Part shown: in pieces, positions 36,781 to 50,640 of the stretch
How the letters are laid out: every line of letters begins with the position of its first letter
Numbering within the stretch: the first letter of the stretch is position 1
Assembly: GCA_024137785.1 (NCBI GenBank)
Contig: JAHRHZ010000267.1
Location: forward strand, 13,582,711 to 13,646,710
Direction: 5' to 3'
Length of the DNA: 64,000 nt
Source of the DNA: Ginglymostoma cirratum
Taxonomy: Eukaryota
Translations under genes and position numbers: made by a program
The notes under the pieces: generated by a model
Database searches by the model: none
What the model saw: only the letters and a program-made list of their open reading frames with translations
Told to the model about the DNA's origin: nothing

Positions 36781-39700
36781 AGATTGAGTAGAGCTAATGC
36801 AGCTTCAGCTATAATTCTTTCAGAGCCACTTACCTTATACAACACCTAGGAAATTACCAAACGCAGGAAGAAAACAGGGATTTTTTTCTAATGCAATTTC
36901 TACTGATATTACAAGACCTCCATCCTCAAATCATCCCAGATGGCTGAGAAAATTCAACCCTTGCTCTGCAAGTTTGACTTTAACAGTTCATTAAAAAATT
37001 ATATGGAGGGTCAATACAGCTCTCCTTTTAAATTGTTTTTGAACTGCTTAAGTACAAAGTTCAGCATGGACCACAGAAGCAAAACACATTCAACATGGTA
37101 ACTCTATTTGCAATACATATAAAGATTGCCACACATTTTTTTTGTGTGGAATATCATTTGAACAGAAGTCAAAGAACAGATGGCAGCAGGAGAACCGGTA
37201 CAGTAATAACAGGATCAATGAGAGAGAAATATGTTGGGACAGATAAGGTGGCAACTTTTAAAGGTCAGAGAGAAGCAGAAGGGCCAACTGAAAGGATTGT
37301 CAGAAAAATGGAAAATGTGAATGAGAGGGGAAGTGGGGTGTGGTGGTTGCGTGGAAAACAGTCAGACATGTCTGAAAAAAAAATGGGAAGAGAACCGGTA
37401 AGATAAATAAAAAGGAGACAGACCGAATGTGTGATGAGGTTACATTACATAATAAGCATTCATGCCTAATGCAACCATTTTCTTTAAGAGTTGAATGGTA
37501 TTCAAAATACATTTGTAGGAAGCAAAATAGCTCCGAAACATCAATAAATGATAAGCATGCAATTTGGGTACCAACCTTACTCCATGGGCAATTAATTCCA
37601 TGCACTGCAATGCATTGCCTTGCAGATTATAAATAGATCTTTAATATAGCATGTGAGGCTTAGCTTCCAGAGGTAGAAAGAAAGAGACATTTCATTATTA
37701 GATATCTCCTTTACTTCCAAGAAAGCAGATGCCTCCTATGAATGATTGCTGCTATGTCACTTTTGCATTGTCTAGTGGCCGCAGGAAAATAAATAGGAGA
37801 ATATATATTTGCAAGCTGGTCCCTCCTTGTGGTTCCAATCATTGAGCACGTGAGATGTAGGAAGAATTGAACTGTCCCTCTGCAGCAGATGTGCATCTCC
37901 CCAGCACTCAGTTAAAACTGGCATTTGTGACTCTGTTGCACATGCCCTCGGAGAAACTGATATTATCATCATTTAAAAACGGAATAGACATCTCAGTAAC
38001 AGCTTTGATTATGCTATCAATAATTTATCATTTATGAGTGAAAATATCTTTTTACTTGTGATGCTGAATATTTAAATTGAACATTTTGTTAAATGTTACT
38101 TGTTAGTATTTTGAATAAGAATCAACAGTGTTAAGAGGCAATTTATGTAGATAATCTGTTTGGAACAATTGCAAAGTGTCTGCTTTGAATGTTCTATTCA
38201 AAGATAATTTCTGTAACAGGATGAATTCATGCTGCACCAGATAGCTGCAGTAAAAATGCTTTCATTTGTTTGTCAAATACAAAAGCATTAATGTTCTCTC
38301 CTTCAGCTATAAAATCAATAACACATTATCATTGAGATACTTGTGCATTCTTTTAGTCAATGTTTTCAGTTCTGATTTTATAACATCTCACTTCATCTTC
38401 CTTTTCTCTGCCTCAAAAAGACCACATTTTGCAGGGGAGCTGACAGGATGCGATTAAATGAAATTTTGCTCTCAATAGTTAAAATCCTGGTCCACTTTTT
38501 CAGTTACTCTTTTGCTGGGGTCTAACCAATTATCTGCAGCACCTTACCATGCATTTGCATCCTTTTTTAAAATTACCAACTACCTTTGTACTTTTGGCAT
38601 TACATTAATGTTAATGTAATAGAATCTATGCTTTTCACCACAGGTAATTTCTCTTTCCCTCAAGCAAACACATCTTTTCTCTGTTGACCTCCTTCATGAA
38701 GAAATCTATTAATTCTTCAAAAGAAAATTTCTCTGACTGACATCAGTAGTTTCAACCACATTGCAGCCCTGATCCCAGCGTATCATTACTTCTGAGAAGT
38801 GTTTGCCTTTTCCAATTCTTCTAAAAACACCTTTTGGACATGATGCATGCAGCACCAACATGTGCAAATCATCAAACTACATGAAGCATGATGAATAACT
38901 TTGTGTTTTCACAGTTTGGCAGAAATCTGCATTTGGATGAATTTTCCGAATTATGAAGTGACACAATTTGGGATGAAGAATAATGAACGGTGACAAAAAG
39001 AAAAAGGTGGGGGGACAAAAGGGATTAACACTTCTCCGGGGGCTATACTGTCAGCTAGCAGTTCTGTATCTGGGAACTCTACATTCTAAAGCTACTAATA
39101 GAGACCCCTGTTCTATCCTTATGTGTATCAACAAGGGTGGAGGAGGGGTTCTACTGTTGCTATTTACGCATTACCAGGATTGTCTATCAATGGATTCAAT
39201 GATCCCTGTCCAATGGAAATGATGCATTGGACCTAACATTAAGTGGAACCGTGATTAACACAGTGGTCATTGCCTGCAGGACTGAGAAAAAAACTATCAA
39301 GATACAGTTCTACAGTAATGTAACAGAGCTATTTGCTACTCATTTACTGTTAGCTTCAGACAATCCAATATCTTTCTTGTTGCTAATGTACGTGCCCAAA
39401 GCCAAGCAAGTAGACAAGAATGTAACTTAAAATGGAAAACCTCTCAGCTCATGACATCTGTGTAGGGTTTAACACAACAAACATTTCACCAAAACCTCCA
39501 ATTTCAGTTAAGAGGGACATTGATTGAATTGTAGGTTGGGAATGTGCCCATCTCTGTGTTTTCAACTTGCAATCTCTCAAATCTAACTCTCTGCTTGTGT
39601 GATAAGCCAGTCATTTCAAAGACCAAGTCTGACTCCAAGGAGAGTGCAGAAATCACAAGCTCTTGACTCTCTTTGAGCTACCTAGCTCCTGTTGCATTTG

Positions 39701-39974
39701 TTCACTTATCGTATGCTCACTCAGCCACACATTTGCTTACTCACATTCAGTCAAAATCACGTAGAGTAAGTATTGTGTAATGTGAGTAGAGTGTCAAGAT
39801 ACGTCATGGGTCAAACACTCTAATTGGTTGTTCTTTTTCAGTCATTGTTGCCTAAATGTGCATTTTGTTGCAGTGCCTGTGATCTAGAAGAAGAAAATGA
39901 ATCAACACACCTTGCATTACCATCATCAGTGCTTGCAAGCACTAATAGATCCCAGTAGATGAAGTCTGGAACTT

Positions 39975-40330
39975 AGAGAAAGAAAATTCTGCATTTATAC
40001 AGCACTTTTCATGACCTCAGGGTGCCACAAATTGTTCTGCAACTTATTAAGTGCCTGTAAGTTGTAGTCAGTTTGTAAAGCAGGAAACAGTGCAACCAGT
40101 TTACTCAAAGCAAGTTTCAAAAAGAGTAATGTGATGATGAGCTACTCTATTGCTTTTAGCTATTGAGGTATAAGTATTAGCCAGAACTGCCAGAATGATA
40201 CTGCTCATCTCAAAATAGTGCCATATGAGTTTTTACATTAGGCAGCAGAGAGGGATTTGATTGCATGTCTGAAGCAACAGATTGCATGTCTGACTGTCAG
40301 CACTTTCACAGTGTTGCACTGCATCAGTCA
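39975..40330 (-). mobile_element. Deu-SINE-like element, decayed
   Basis: Reverse complement of the 45320-45790 family (tgcatttatacagcacttttcatgacctcagg...cagcactttcacagtgttgcact). Confidence 0.55.
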
Positions 40331-40747
40331 CAGAGCACAGGAGAAGTGCAAGCAATGGTGTTAGGTGAGGAGCAGGAGACGATATTAGTCAATAATCTCT
40401 ACTTTAGGAAATGCAACAGCATGGTGATTTTGAGTAGTCATTTTCTGGACCTATTATTTTCCATTGAGTAGGAAAACAGAACTGTCAGCTCTACTGACCA
40501 ATCAGTCAGCTTTCCAATCTACAGATAAATACCAGCATGCTGGCTGATCCTAGAGGTGATTCCTATCTTTCTTGGAAGGACTTAGAGACAAATGTTGTAA
40601 AACTAAGAGTACTGATGACCTTTAATGACATTGCCATTTTTATAATTCAGTTCACGTGCAAATGACCCTTCAAGAACAAAAGGAGAAAATTTGGGGTTGA
40701 AGACTGTCTGTACAGTAAGTCTATTAAAAGACATGCAAACTATTTCT

Positions 40748-40984
40748 ATGATAACAAGGTCTGGAGCTGGATGAACACAGCAGGCCAAGCAACACCAGAG
40801 GAGCACGAAATCTGGCGTTTCGGGTCTGGACCCTTCCTCAGAAATGCCATTTCTGAAGAAGGGTCCAGACCAGAAATGTCAGTTTTCCTGTTCCTATGAT
40901 GCTGCTTGGCCTGCTGTGTTCATCCAGCTCTACACCTTGCTATCTCAGATTCTCCAGCATCGGCAGTTCCCACTGTCTCTCCCC
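40748..40984. mobile_element. Palindromic PLE pLTR-derived mini-insertion with two back-to-back mutated hammerhead cores
   Basis: Inverted arms around the centre gaaatgccatttc (~40841-40853). TSD CAAACTATTTCT at 40736-40747 and 40985-40996. Confidence 0.8.
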
Positions 40985-41384
40985 CAAACTATTTCTGTGT
41001 TTACTTTTCACAAATTTGCCAATCTCACGATAGGACTGGTACATTAAGTGTAGTTTCTGTTTGTTTCAAGATATACTACAAGATCTGAATCTCACTTTGC
41101 TATTACTTTTAGTACAGCAGAGGTTTTCTTTTTTAGTTCCACTCCTGCAACAGTTATGACAAATTTTAAATTGTACCATGGGGGTAATATGACTAATTAT
41201 ACAGGCCATAGGTTTGTCAGGTTCAGTGTGAAGGTCAAGTCAGCTATGTTTCTTATGGCAACAATAAATTCTTCGTTTATTGCTAAAAGCAAACTTGTTC
41301 AAACAAAGATACAAAGGCTGTTGACGAACAGTGTGAATTATCCAAAGACACATGAATATGAATACACTATGAAAATAAATGAGT

Positions 41385-41430
41385 ACACACACACACCCAC
41401 ACACACACCCACACACACACCCCCACCACA

Positions 41431-41466
<36 letters not shown>

Positions 41467-41467
41467 A
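41385..41467. repeat. Interrupted (CA)n microsatellite
   Basis: Directly visible. Confidence 0.98.
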
Positions 41468-42149
41468 GTTTGAGGAAAAAGAAAACCTCTTGAGAGTTTC
41501 AACTTCAAAGTCTTTTGGCCAAAGAATACTTTGCCTTGGGGTAAAAAAGGATAAGTCATGAATTGCCCCAGATAGTATTCTGATTCCAAAGTTGTTTTGC
41601 ACACAGAAGCTCCAGCCATAATTCTGGAACAATTATAACTGACCCTTGCTGGAATTGATGCTGTAGAATCCAACAATTCTTTACCAGGAATTCTACACAA
41701 GTACTAAAGATGATTTCTTGTCAATGTTCAGCTCTCAGTTTGTTTTGGAGTTGGAACGAGAGAGGGAATAATGAGCTGTTGCTTCCTGGCATTACACATC
41801 TGTCTCTCTTTCTAAACTCAAAAAATACAACAGTCTTATCACACTCAAATTGGGGCCATGTGATCTCCCTACAAAATTCTTCCAAATTGAATTACTACAA
41901 CTGAGTTCCCTGCTCCTTCACAGGTGCTACATTGTTGCTGCTCTAACCAATGCTTTCTCGTTTGTTTAAAAGTTCAGGATATGCTCATACAGGCCCACAC
42001 TACCCTCTTCAAAATAATATTTTGGACCACATCTCTTCATATCAACTTCCTGACATCAGAACTGATCATTTGAGTGTTCTTGACTTGCAGGTGTGTTTCT
42101 GCTTTGTGTATTGTTAGAAGTCTAATTGTTTTCATGGTGGTGTTTTACA

Positions 42150-43960
42150 ACTTTAATCTTGAGTTCAGTTTGAATGTGTTCTAGGCACAGCTAGAATGCT
42201 GTGCGTTATACAGTGGACAATTCTCTGAGTTGGCTTCTTCCTATTTGGTGTTGTGTCCGCGTAGGATCTAGACTATTTGCATACTCTAGCTATTTCTGCT
42301 ACTGACCAAGTAGTAATCTGAATAAGATGAATGACTTGATATATTTGCCCTGTTAGACTAGGCATTTCCACACCTGTGTGTTAGCCATGCGCTGTCTTCA
42401 TTACCCTTTTTTTGAGACATTTCTCCTGTATTTCTCAGAATTTAACAAGTGATGGCTCTGTAAGGTTGTCTTAAGCTGGCTTCCAAATACAATTTCCTTT
42501 GGCAACACTATGCCCATATCTAGGTGTGTTTCTGTTAGGTGCAGCATAGCAACACAGAGAAACTGAGTTGGCTCCTTGCACTGCATGATTAAGGCCTTTA
42601 TGTTGCGAACCATTCATTCAGCAAGACCAATAAATCAGGGATAGTATTAAGAGGCTATCACATGGTCTATGCCCCATTTAGGCACCCTTATCCCAAAAAG
42701 ATTTGCCAGTTTATTGTGGCCCATTGCTGATCTGATCTCATCCAGTGTATCAAACATACTGAATATTTCATTGTCCCTGATCCTCTAGTCAGAGACCAAA
42801 TGAACTGTGAAAGATGTATATCAGGACCATGTGGATGCTCCACTGGACCTACTGTCTAGGAATTGCCTGGGAATTTTAATGAAAAGGTCCCTATCTCTGA
42901 TTTAAGTGGTGAAATATTCAGATGATTCCAAATGACATATCTGAATAGTTAACAAGAGAAAAAGAAAGTTAGAGGATTAAAGTCTGTTTAACTGGCTAAT
43001 TATAAAACTGACCCCTCAATCACTCATACTGACCAATCACACAGACACATGAGCCCCTCCTCCCATCTCCCTCCTCCCACTCCACCCCTCTGCCTCCAGC
43101 TCTTGGCTCAACCCAAGCCCTAGGCACCAGACCTCGAACGCACATGGCAATTCTATCCCTCACTCACATTCCCCTCTACTCCCTCTCCCACCTTGCACAC
43201 ACCGTTTCTCAGCAGTTGTTGAAGTGCCTTCAGGACCTTTAAATCTTGAAACGTTGTAGCTAGTGTCAAGAGAAGGGACTGTGATATCATTGCTGGTCCA
43301 TCACTGCAGCGGTGGGGATTCTTGGCCTGGGTTAGCCTGCTTCAGCCAGGAAGGCCGTTTGCTCAGAAATTCAAAACAGGCAACTTGGAGAACTTGCCTT
43401 CCTCGAAAGGCAAGTGAGCATTTCTTTTTTTAATCCAAACAGAATCGAAAATAAGGTTTCTGATTCAATCAGCAGAATGCAGTGATTGTATCATCTGCAA
43501 ATGCACCCGAGGTATCCTTTGGTTTTGTGATGATTGGAGAAGTGGTCAGTGTCTAGGAGCAAGTCATTGTTACGGATAAATTTGTTGTAATTTTGGACCA
43601 AGTTGCAATGGGTCAAAAGTTCTTCATCTTGATGTGGCTGATAACTCTCATGTACGGTCACAAGGTTAAGGTTTGGTTCAAGTTAGCAACAACTTAATTA
43701 CTGGTTCACACATGTCCAACAGGTAAAGTACTTGTGCTTCCCATACAGACTTCACATGACTTCATTTCACAGTAAGTGTGCCAATATGAGGAATAGGCAG
43801 CTCATTATAAGTCGTCAGTTTGGCAGTCGCAGGTTGTATCAATGACTTCCAGTGATCTAGATTTATATCTTTCAGAATTCTGACTGACAGAATGTTTCTG
43901 GTCATTCCCATGTTGACTTTAATTGCGAGCATGTGATAATGCAATAGCTGCCGGTCAGAT
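42150..43960 (-). mobile_element. Decayed Ty3/Gypsy pol fragments (protease and integrase) with internal deletion and insertions
   Basis: Protease-like HMLAIKVNMGMTRNILSVRILKD...AKLTTYNELPIPHIGTL (43762-43944). Integrase SNGPQ, KWGIDHVIAS*YYP*FIGLAE*MVRNIK...LPKEIVFGSQLKTTL (42400-42770). Confidence 0.8.
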
Positions 43961-44640
43961 GTTCTGCACCCTGGTCATTTGGATTCCTTTCTAAAGTTGT
44001 TTCACAACGGAACCAAGATTGGTAAATGGAATTCAGGTGCCCACCAGCTATGATTTAATTGAATGGAGGAACTGCTTGAGATGTTGGGAATTCTACTTCT
44101 ATTTCCAAACTTTTAGCATTTTCCAGCTAGAACTATGCTGATGCAGTTGCTGTAAAAATGGACTGGTGTGCATGTAAGCTGAAGGTCTCACAAACTGCTT
44201 TTGTTTAAAAATGTCATGTTAATTTATGTTGTCACATGTGCAGGCATGCTAGGATTTGATATAACATCACCATCTGAAAGGTGACATCTCTGATATTTAG
44301 TAATATACAGTCAACTTACATTATGCATTTGAGTGTTGAGAGGAGATTAAAGGGTTGTTTTGCAGATGCATTGCGATGGCCTTTTTTTATTAATGAATAT
44401 GCATGTTCTGGAAGAGCATTTCAGTTCTTGCTACCTGTCATTTGTTAATAGGTGAAAAATAACAGTGAAAAATGATACAACGTTGGTTACATTGGCTACT
44501 GAATCCAATTTTGCATCCAATAAACCAGTTGTTGGCTGATGATTATAGCAGTTAGTTCTATTTCTTTTACTGCGGCACAAATTTCTTTACAGTCTGCACA
44601 ACCTTCATGTAGAACTCGAACATAGTTTCTGAATCTAAAA

Positions 44641-45236
44641 GTATATTTCCTTCAATCGCAAAGACGTTGGCGGCTGTGGAGTAGGCAGCGTCTGGGATCT
44701 TGAGCCTGGGCATGTCCATTCCGACTGCATTTTTATTTACTTCTGTTCCCTTTTTTCTCTTTGTTAGTTTGTTAGCGCAGTTTTATTACTTTCTTGAGAG
44801 AGCTCGGTCGTGGAGGCAGCAGTGGCGATGGAGTGTGGCAATTGCTGGGGCCCAGATGGTGGTCAGCAGTACATCAGCTGGTGAGCCTAGGTGGGACTTC
44901 ACCCAATGCGGGTGAAAGTGTGCCCAACACGGTTGGTGGGGCTGTGGGGGAGGGAGGTGAATCCACATGGGTAAAGCCCAGCCTGGAGCGACTGCAGACT
45001 CATGCTTTAAGAAAACACTGTGATGTTTAACTTCTAACCTTATCTCTTTATTTGTCTATTTTATACTAACAAGAACTGTAACGATGAACTTATTTCTTTA
45101 TTAATCTATATTTGTACCTAAGATTTTGTACCGAGGTATCTTTATACCCAAGGTGGTGCCAGGAATGGCAATATTATACATGCTTCACCATATTCCTGTA
45201 CTTGAGTACACATGACAATAAAACCTAAATCTAAAA
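44641..45236 (+). mobile_element. Non-autonomous retroposon with Rex/Babar-like 3' tail
   Basis: GC-rich 5' part (gttggcggctgtggagtaggc), 3' end gtacacatgacaataaaacctaaatctaaa. Candidate TSD AATCTAAAA at 44632-44640 and 45228-45236. Confidence 0.55.
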
Positions 45237-45319
45237 TATGATTATTTCTATATTTTACTCACCAAAACCTGATCGTCTGATATGTAGGCTGGTTTCTTAG
45301 ACTTAGCTTTTTGCTGCTG

Positions 45320-45790
45320 AGCTGCATGTCAGTTGTAGCAGTCTCACTATGGAGTCAAAAGGTTGTGGGTTTAAATCCGACTCCAGGGACTTGAACAGAA
45401 AAATCAAGGCTGATAGTTCAGTTCAGCACTCAGGGAGTGTTGCATTGTCACAGACTGTCATTTTAAGACGAGATGTTAAACCAAGGCACCAACTACACTC
45501 TCAACTGAACGTAAATGATCTCAGGAACTATTCTGAAAATGAACAAGGCAGCCAACGTCACCAATGTTTGTATCATTTTTCATTGTTATTTTTCACCCAT
45601 TAAGAACTAAATTATTCCTGTCATAAGAAAAATTATCTCGTCATTATGGTGTTGATGTCTTTTGGAGTTTGCTGTGCACAAATTGGTTCCTGTTTTTCCT
45701 GTTGCTTAAATGTAATTATACTCCAAGATTACTTCATTTGCTGTAAAACACTTTGGAGCATCTGAGATCAGAAGGGTTTTATATAACTTC
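45320..45790 (+). mobile_element. Deu-SINE-like (SacSINE1/AmnSINE-type) element
   Basis: tRNA-like head (gagtcaaaaggttgtgggtttaaatcc), central gagatgttaaaccaaggc and tttgctgtgcacaaattggt, tail tacttcatttgctgtaaaacactttgg. Confidence 0.65.
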
Positions 45791-48700
45791 CTCTTTACTG
45801 TACAAATTGATTTAAAAATATTATTGTTCTGTGCCAAAGCAGACTCCAATAGCGTGAATAGCATGTTTTCCCTCCTACATCTTATGGTCTAATGTAGACT
45901 CACTTCAAATGGACTTTAGCTAACTAAATGGCAACAGGTCACCTTCTATGTTGTTGGATGATTCGCTTTATTGCAAATGGAATTAGCATAACATTCAAAG
46001 TGAAGGTTCTTGGGGAAGACGGTGGGAGCTTTGAAGCCTGACTTCTTCCAAGCTCCACCAGAATTATGTTCATTTTGGGAAGGTCCATGATTGACCTTTC
46101 CTCCCCACCACCAAATGGAATCCCTTAAGTGATCACGTAGTGACACCTCAGGAGTGCCAATGGTATTGAGACAGCTAATACCAAGTGACATGCACGATAA
46201 CCCCCGATTGTGTGGCCAGCTTGTCAGCTCCTGGAGGATGGGGAATGACCCAGTAAAAGGCCTGGTGCCTGATCAAAGGACGTAACATTGGGAAGGGGGT
46301 GGGGGTGACTGGACTCACTGATAGCGAAGATTCTACCCTTTCTGTCAATGCATCTGTAACCATTTCCATATGAGACCTACCCCACAGTACTCCTCCCAAC
46401 ACTTCTCAACACTCTCTGTGTCACTCCATGATCCTGGGACTCTGAAGCCTGTCATTCAGGCAGCAGTCTCCTGCTCCACTGAGGCACTGCTGAGTGCAAC
46501 AGCTGCCAGTCTCTGATTGGATAGGTGAACCTTCCACCTTGAGGTCTTGATTCCAGGGAATGGCCTCAGCAATGCCTAATTACCTAGTGGTTTGGTGACC
46601 CTTCTCAAAAGCAGGCAATGTGGGTCTCTCACTGGCTTTGTAACTGGCAGCTAAGGCCGACAACAATTGAACAAAACTCTGCCCTTTGTGTTTTCATTCA
46701 GATCAACAGCAATGTTGCAGATTTTCAGCCGAACTACTGTCAGTAAAATGAAGCAGTTAAAAATAGAATTCAGCCCTTAGCTTTTAGCAATATTGTGTTG
46801 AAATGAACTACGCGGATCTTGAAAGCCATTGCCACAGTTATGTATGTACTTAACCTTTCTGCTGGAATAAATCATGGATTTAGATAAGAATATAATGCCT
46901 TAGGGATATTGTAAACCTATATTTGGTTTCAACTTTCCTTTTATTGTGAAGTCAATAAATAGAAAGTACACAATTGGGAACTGCTGAATGCCCAGTTTAT
47001 TCCATGGGGAAAAAAGTGACTAATAAATTATACAGTTTCCTAATGAGTGGAATAATTTGACTATTTCATTGGCCTCTGTTGTTTATTCAGTTTATCTAAC
47101 AAGTGGGAAGACCACAAAAACAGAAATAATCATTTGTGAAGATAATTGTAAGGGAGTAAAATATTTTATAATCTACTATATTTAAAACCTAACCCCAACC
47201 TTGCTTTAGACATGACTGACCATTTGAAAAAAAAATCCCTGTCGAGTCACTTGCTACAAATCTCAGGCACTGTCACGGCTGAAATGGTGCCAGTGATGCA
47301 GGAAGCCAGTTTGAATATTTATCTCTGCACAACTCAATGCAAAGACAAACAAAATTCAGGTTCAGTTCTCAATATTCAATTTTGCTGCCAAATGTCTGTT
47401 CTTCCAAATGTAATTTTATACAAGCAGTCTGTTACTGCAGTCCAAAGTAATATTAGTTATCGTACCTTAAACACTCGACAGTTGCAGATAGAGAGAAACA
47501 AGTCTCCTCTTGCATCAAAATACAAAGATTTCCTTGTGTCATTGTTACATCTGTGTAGACTGATTGATGAAAATTGATTGCTAGTAATTAGATGATGAAG
47601 TTGTTGACTCTCAGATTGGCAAACTGACCCAGCAATGCTCTTTCTCTTGTTTTGATTTATACCTTTATTGTGATCATCTAGCTATGTAAATGTTTATGTT
47701 CAGTTTGATGCTTCAAATAAACCTAAACTTATTTGCTACAACCAGGATTTTCACATTTGCAATGTCCATAATTCTGTCAATCGATCTCTGTTCTAGTAGT
47801 ATGCTTCAAATGTGCTCCTGATATTGTTGAAAGCTGTAGGAGACAGGAAGAATCATCACAGATTGTCAGAGGATTAATGGCCTCCTGGATGTTGACTTGA
47901 TGACAAAATTGTATCACGACCGCAACTTCCACAGGAACAGAGAAAATATTACATTTCAGTTACATTTTAGACCGCCTTATGCCTTAATGCCTGAACTTCC
48001 CCTCTGCCTACATCTCTCCCAAGGTAAGATAACTTTAAACTCAGAATTAGGCCATTCAAACATGATATCAGAAATCACTTCTTCACATGGTCAAGAAAAT
48101 CTGGAACTTTTTCTCCTAATAGCTGTTGAGAGTGGGTCTGTTTTAAAACAATCTTGATAATTAAGATTGACATTTTTTTGTGAGGGAGGTAACAGTAACA
48201 GAATCAAGGTGCATAGCTGGAGTTAAGATTCAGATCAGCCATTATCTCTTTGAATGGTAGAATGATTGTGATGGTTCCTGATGCCAATATTCCTTGGCAA
48301 ATAAATCAATGGGAGCTAACACTGAGATTTAAACTTAGAGAGTTGTTTGATTCTCAAATGTTTCACTGCTTCATTTAGGTGTTCTCTGAGAAATATTTAT
48401 GATATATGATATTAAGAGGGTGTTACTGCATAACACTGGGTGTTCACCAAGACTTTTGTTAAGCTTAGCAATGAAATGCCAATAATTAGGTCCTGCGTTT
48501 CAGGATCCAGATTGCTGACATGGTAAAATGTAGCAGCATCTTATTAGCCAATTAGGGATCAATTTAAATTGAATCTGCAATAATTATGAATAACGGTGCT
48601 ATAATGGTAATAATTTTCTCCCACAAGTGATACCATTTCTATATGAGTGTGATGTAACAAATTGCAAATAATTCTCTTTATCAGGAAAAGCATACATAGC

Positions 48701-50214
48701 ACATAATTTTTCATGTAAGCTGTTGAAGGAGAAATGTGTTTTTCACTTTTGGATGCTTGTGTCATGATAGACAAAAAGAAGATGTTTCTGCATTGAAATT
48801 GGTTATAAGTTTTGTCAGAGAAATAAACCAAAAGAACTGAAAGTCCATAATAGGGAAATGCACCAAAAAGTGAACATTATTTTGCAATTAAATGACAATT
48901 ACAAAGTATGCAAGTTAATTAGCAAATGATACATAGTGGGAACAAATCTCAATTCAAGATTATATTAATCTTCAGTTATATATGGCGATTACTTAATGAA
49001 AAGCATCATAGCAAAATATGATATATGATTTATTCGTACATTAAAATATGCATAATGGAGGAAATAGCTTAAGTATCCATTTTCCCCTATTGTAATCATA
49101 TAATCAGTCAGAATCCATGTGTCTGAAATAGACGAAAATATAATTTCAAAAGGTGTTTATCATGAATCCCACTGATTCAACATAATTCTTAACATCTACA
49201 TCATACTGTGTGTAATCAGATGGCATTTTAATTGCTGAGTTCCAATGAAATCTGAGAAAAACTAATCTGAAGTTCACCATCTTTCTCTCTGCTTCCCAGC
49301 AACTCAGGCCAATCCATTAATGGATTCCTTGAAGGCACTGCAATTCTCAATGTAGAAATGCAAGAACATTTTTAGAAGCAATTTATGTGTTGCCTCTCTG
49401 AGTGCTTGGAGCAGTGAAAAGTAAATGGAAAGGGCAAGTGAACAAAGTGTGTGGGATCAAGTCCATAAAGACTTGTATAAATCATGTGCGTTAAAACTTT
49501 TACAGATCCAAAGAGGATCAGTAAGGGAGTTGGACCTGCATCTGCAGTCCTGAGACACGTGAGAAAGTGAACAATTTTGCTAACCACATCATATTGCCTA
49601 TTAGTCCTCAAAAGTATCGTCACCTACTTTGCTGTATCTTTCTAATGTTACTGCTGGGATTATGAGTTATGAATTATTTTATTGTCGCATCTATTTTACA
49701 GTGAGAAATGCAATAAAGTACCGTAAAAACCTTTCATTCATCTCAGTCAAGAATTTAGTGTTTCCTTCCATTCTTAAAGGAGTGGTGCAGCAGGTGCCAA
49801 AGAACGTTTGCTGACTTCAAGGATTTTGCGCAAACTGATTACTTCAGGAAATGGGTGGTAGTAGAATGGCAAGGAGAATGAGCTATAAGAGGATAGAGGA
49901 AAAAAAGGAGTAGGGCTCTCAGCAGAAGGCCATACTTGCACATGATCTTCAGGGAGAAATTTTACGGCCACAACCCTAATGAGGGACAATGCATCCCATC
50001 TCTGTCCTCCAGGAAAGATTCCAGCCCTGAGATTTGATACCTGCAGCAGAGTTAATTTTGATGCTCAAGAGCAGAATTGCTGGAAAAGCTCAGCAGGTCT
50101 GGCAGCATCTGTGAAGAAAAAAATCAGAGTTAATATTTCAGCTCTGGTGAGGTAGGGCCATCTCATTCTTCTAAACTGTACTGAAAGCAAGCCCGGATGA
50201 ACCAATTTCTCCTC

Positions 50215-50478
50215 TCAAGATAGTTGTGCCATCCCTGGTATAAGCCTAGTGAACCTTTCCTGCACCTTGCATTTCTGAGTGGGGCAGTATTGTAGCTGTA
50301 TTTGAACAGCATGACATAGGCATTACTGGATCTGGACCACAAGCTTTCAGCAAAATTGTGAGAATGTTGTCAGTTCTGATCGTCAGTGCAGTATTCGGTG
50401 TCATCAGTTGTATCTTGATATCGCATGGAGTGAATTGAATTGGCTTAAGGCTGACATCCATAATGCTGGGGACCTCAG
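50215..50478 (-). mobile_element. LINE ORF2 internal fragment (CR1/L2 group)
   Basis: PSIMDVSLKPIQFTPCDIKIQL...RTDNILTILLKACGPDP resembles the pre-RT K(A/S)xGPDNIP..VLK.CAPEL segment. Confidence 0.6.
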
Positions 50479-50484
50479 CCGGTG

Positions 50485-50640
50485 TCTTTAACCAGGTCCT
50501 CCTGATGGCCTGATGATTACTGACCACATCTTCCACCTCCATCCAAGCTTGTTTGGTATGGCAAAGAGGTCTCTTCTTTTCCTCCAGAAGGAGAATAACC
50601 TCCCACTGTTCAGTCACTGCCTTCAGGAGGACACATCGGG
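50485..50640 (-). pseudogene. Myb/SANT-like domain remnant (Harbinger ORF)
   Basis: VTEQWEVILLLEEKKRPLCHTKQAWMEVEDVVSNHQAIRRTW. Confidence 0.65.

Noticed and set aside
41156-41700. His/Thr- and Cys/Val-rich ORFs
   Set aside because: Produced by the (CA)n microsatellite.
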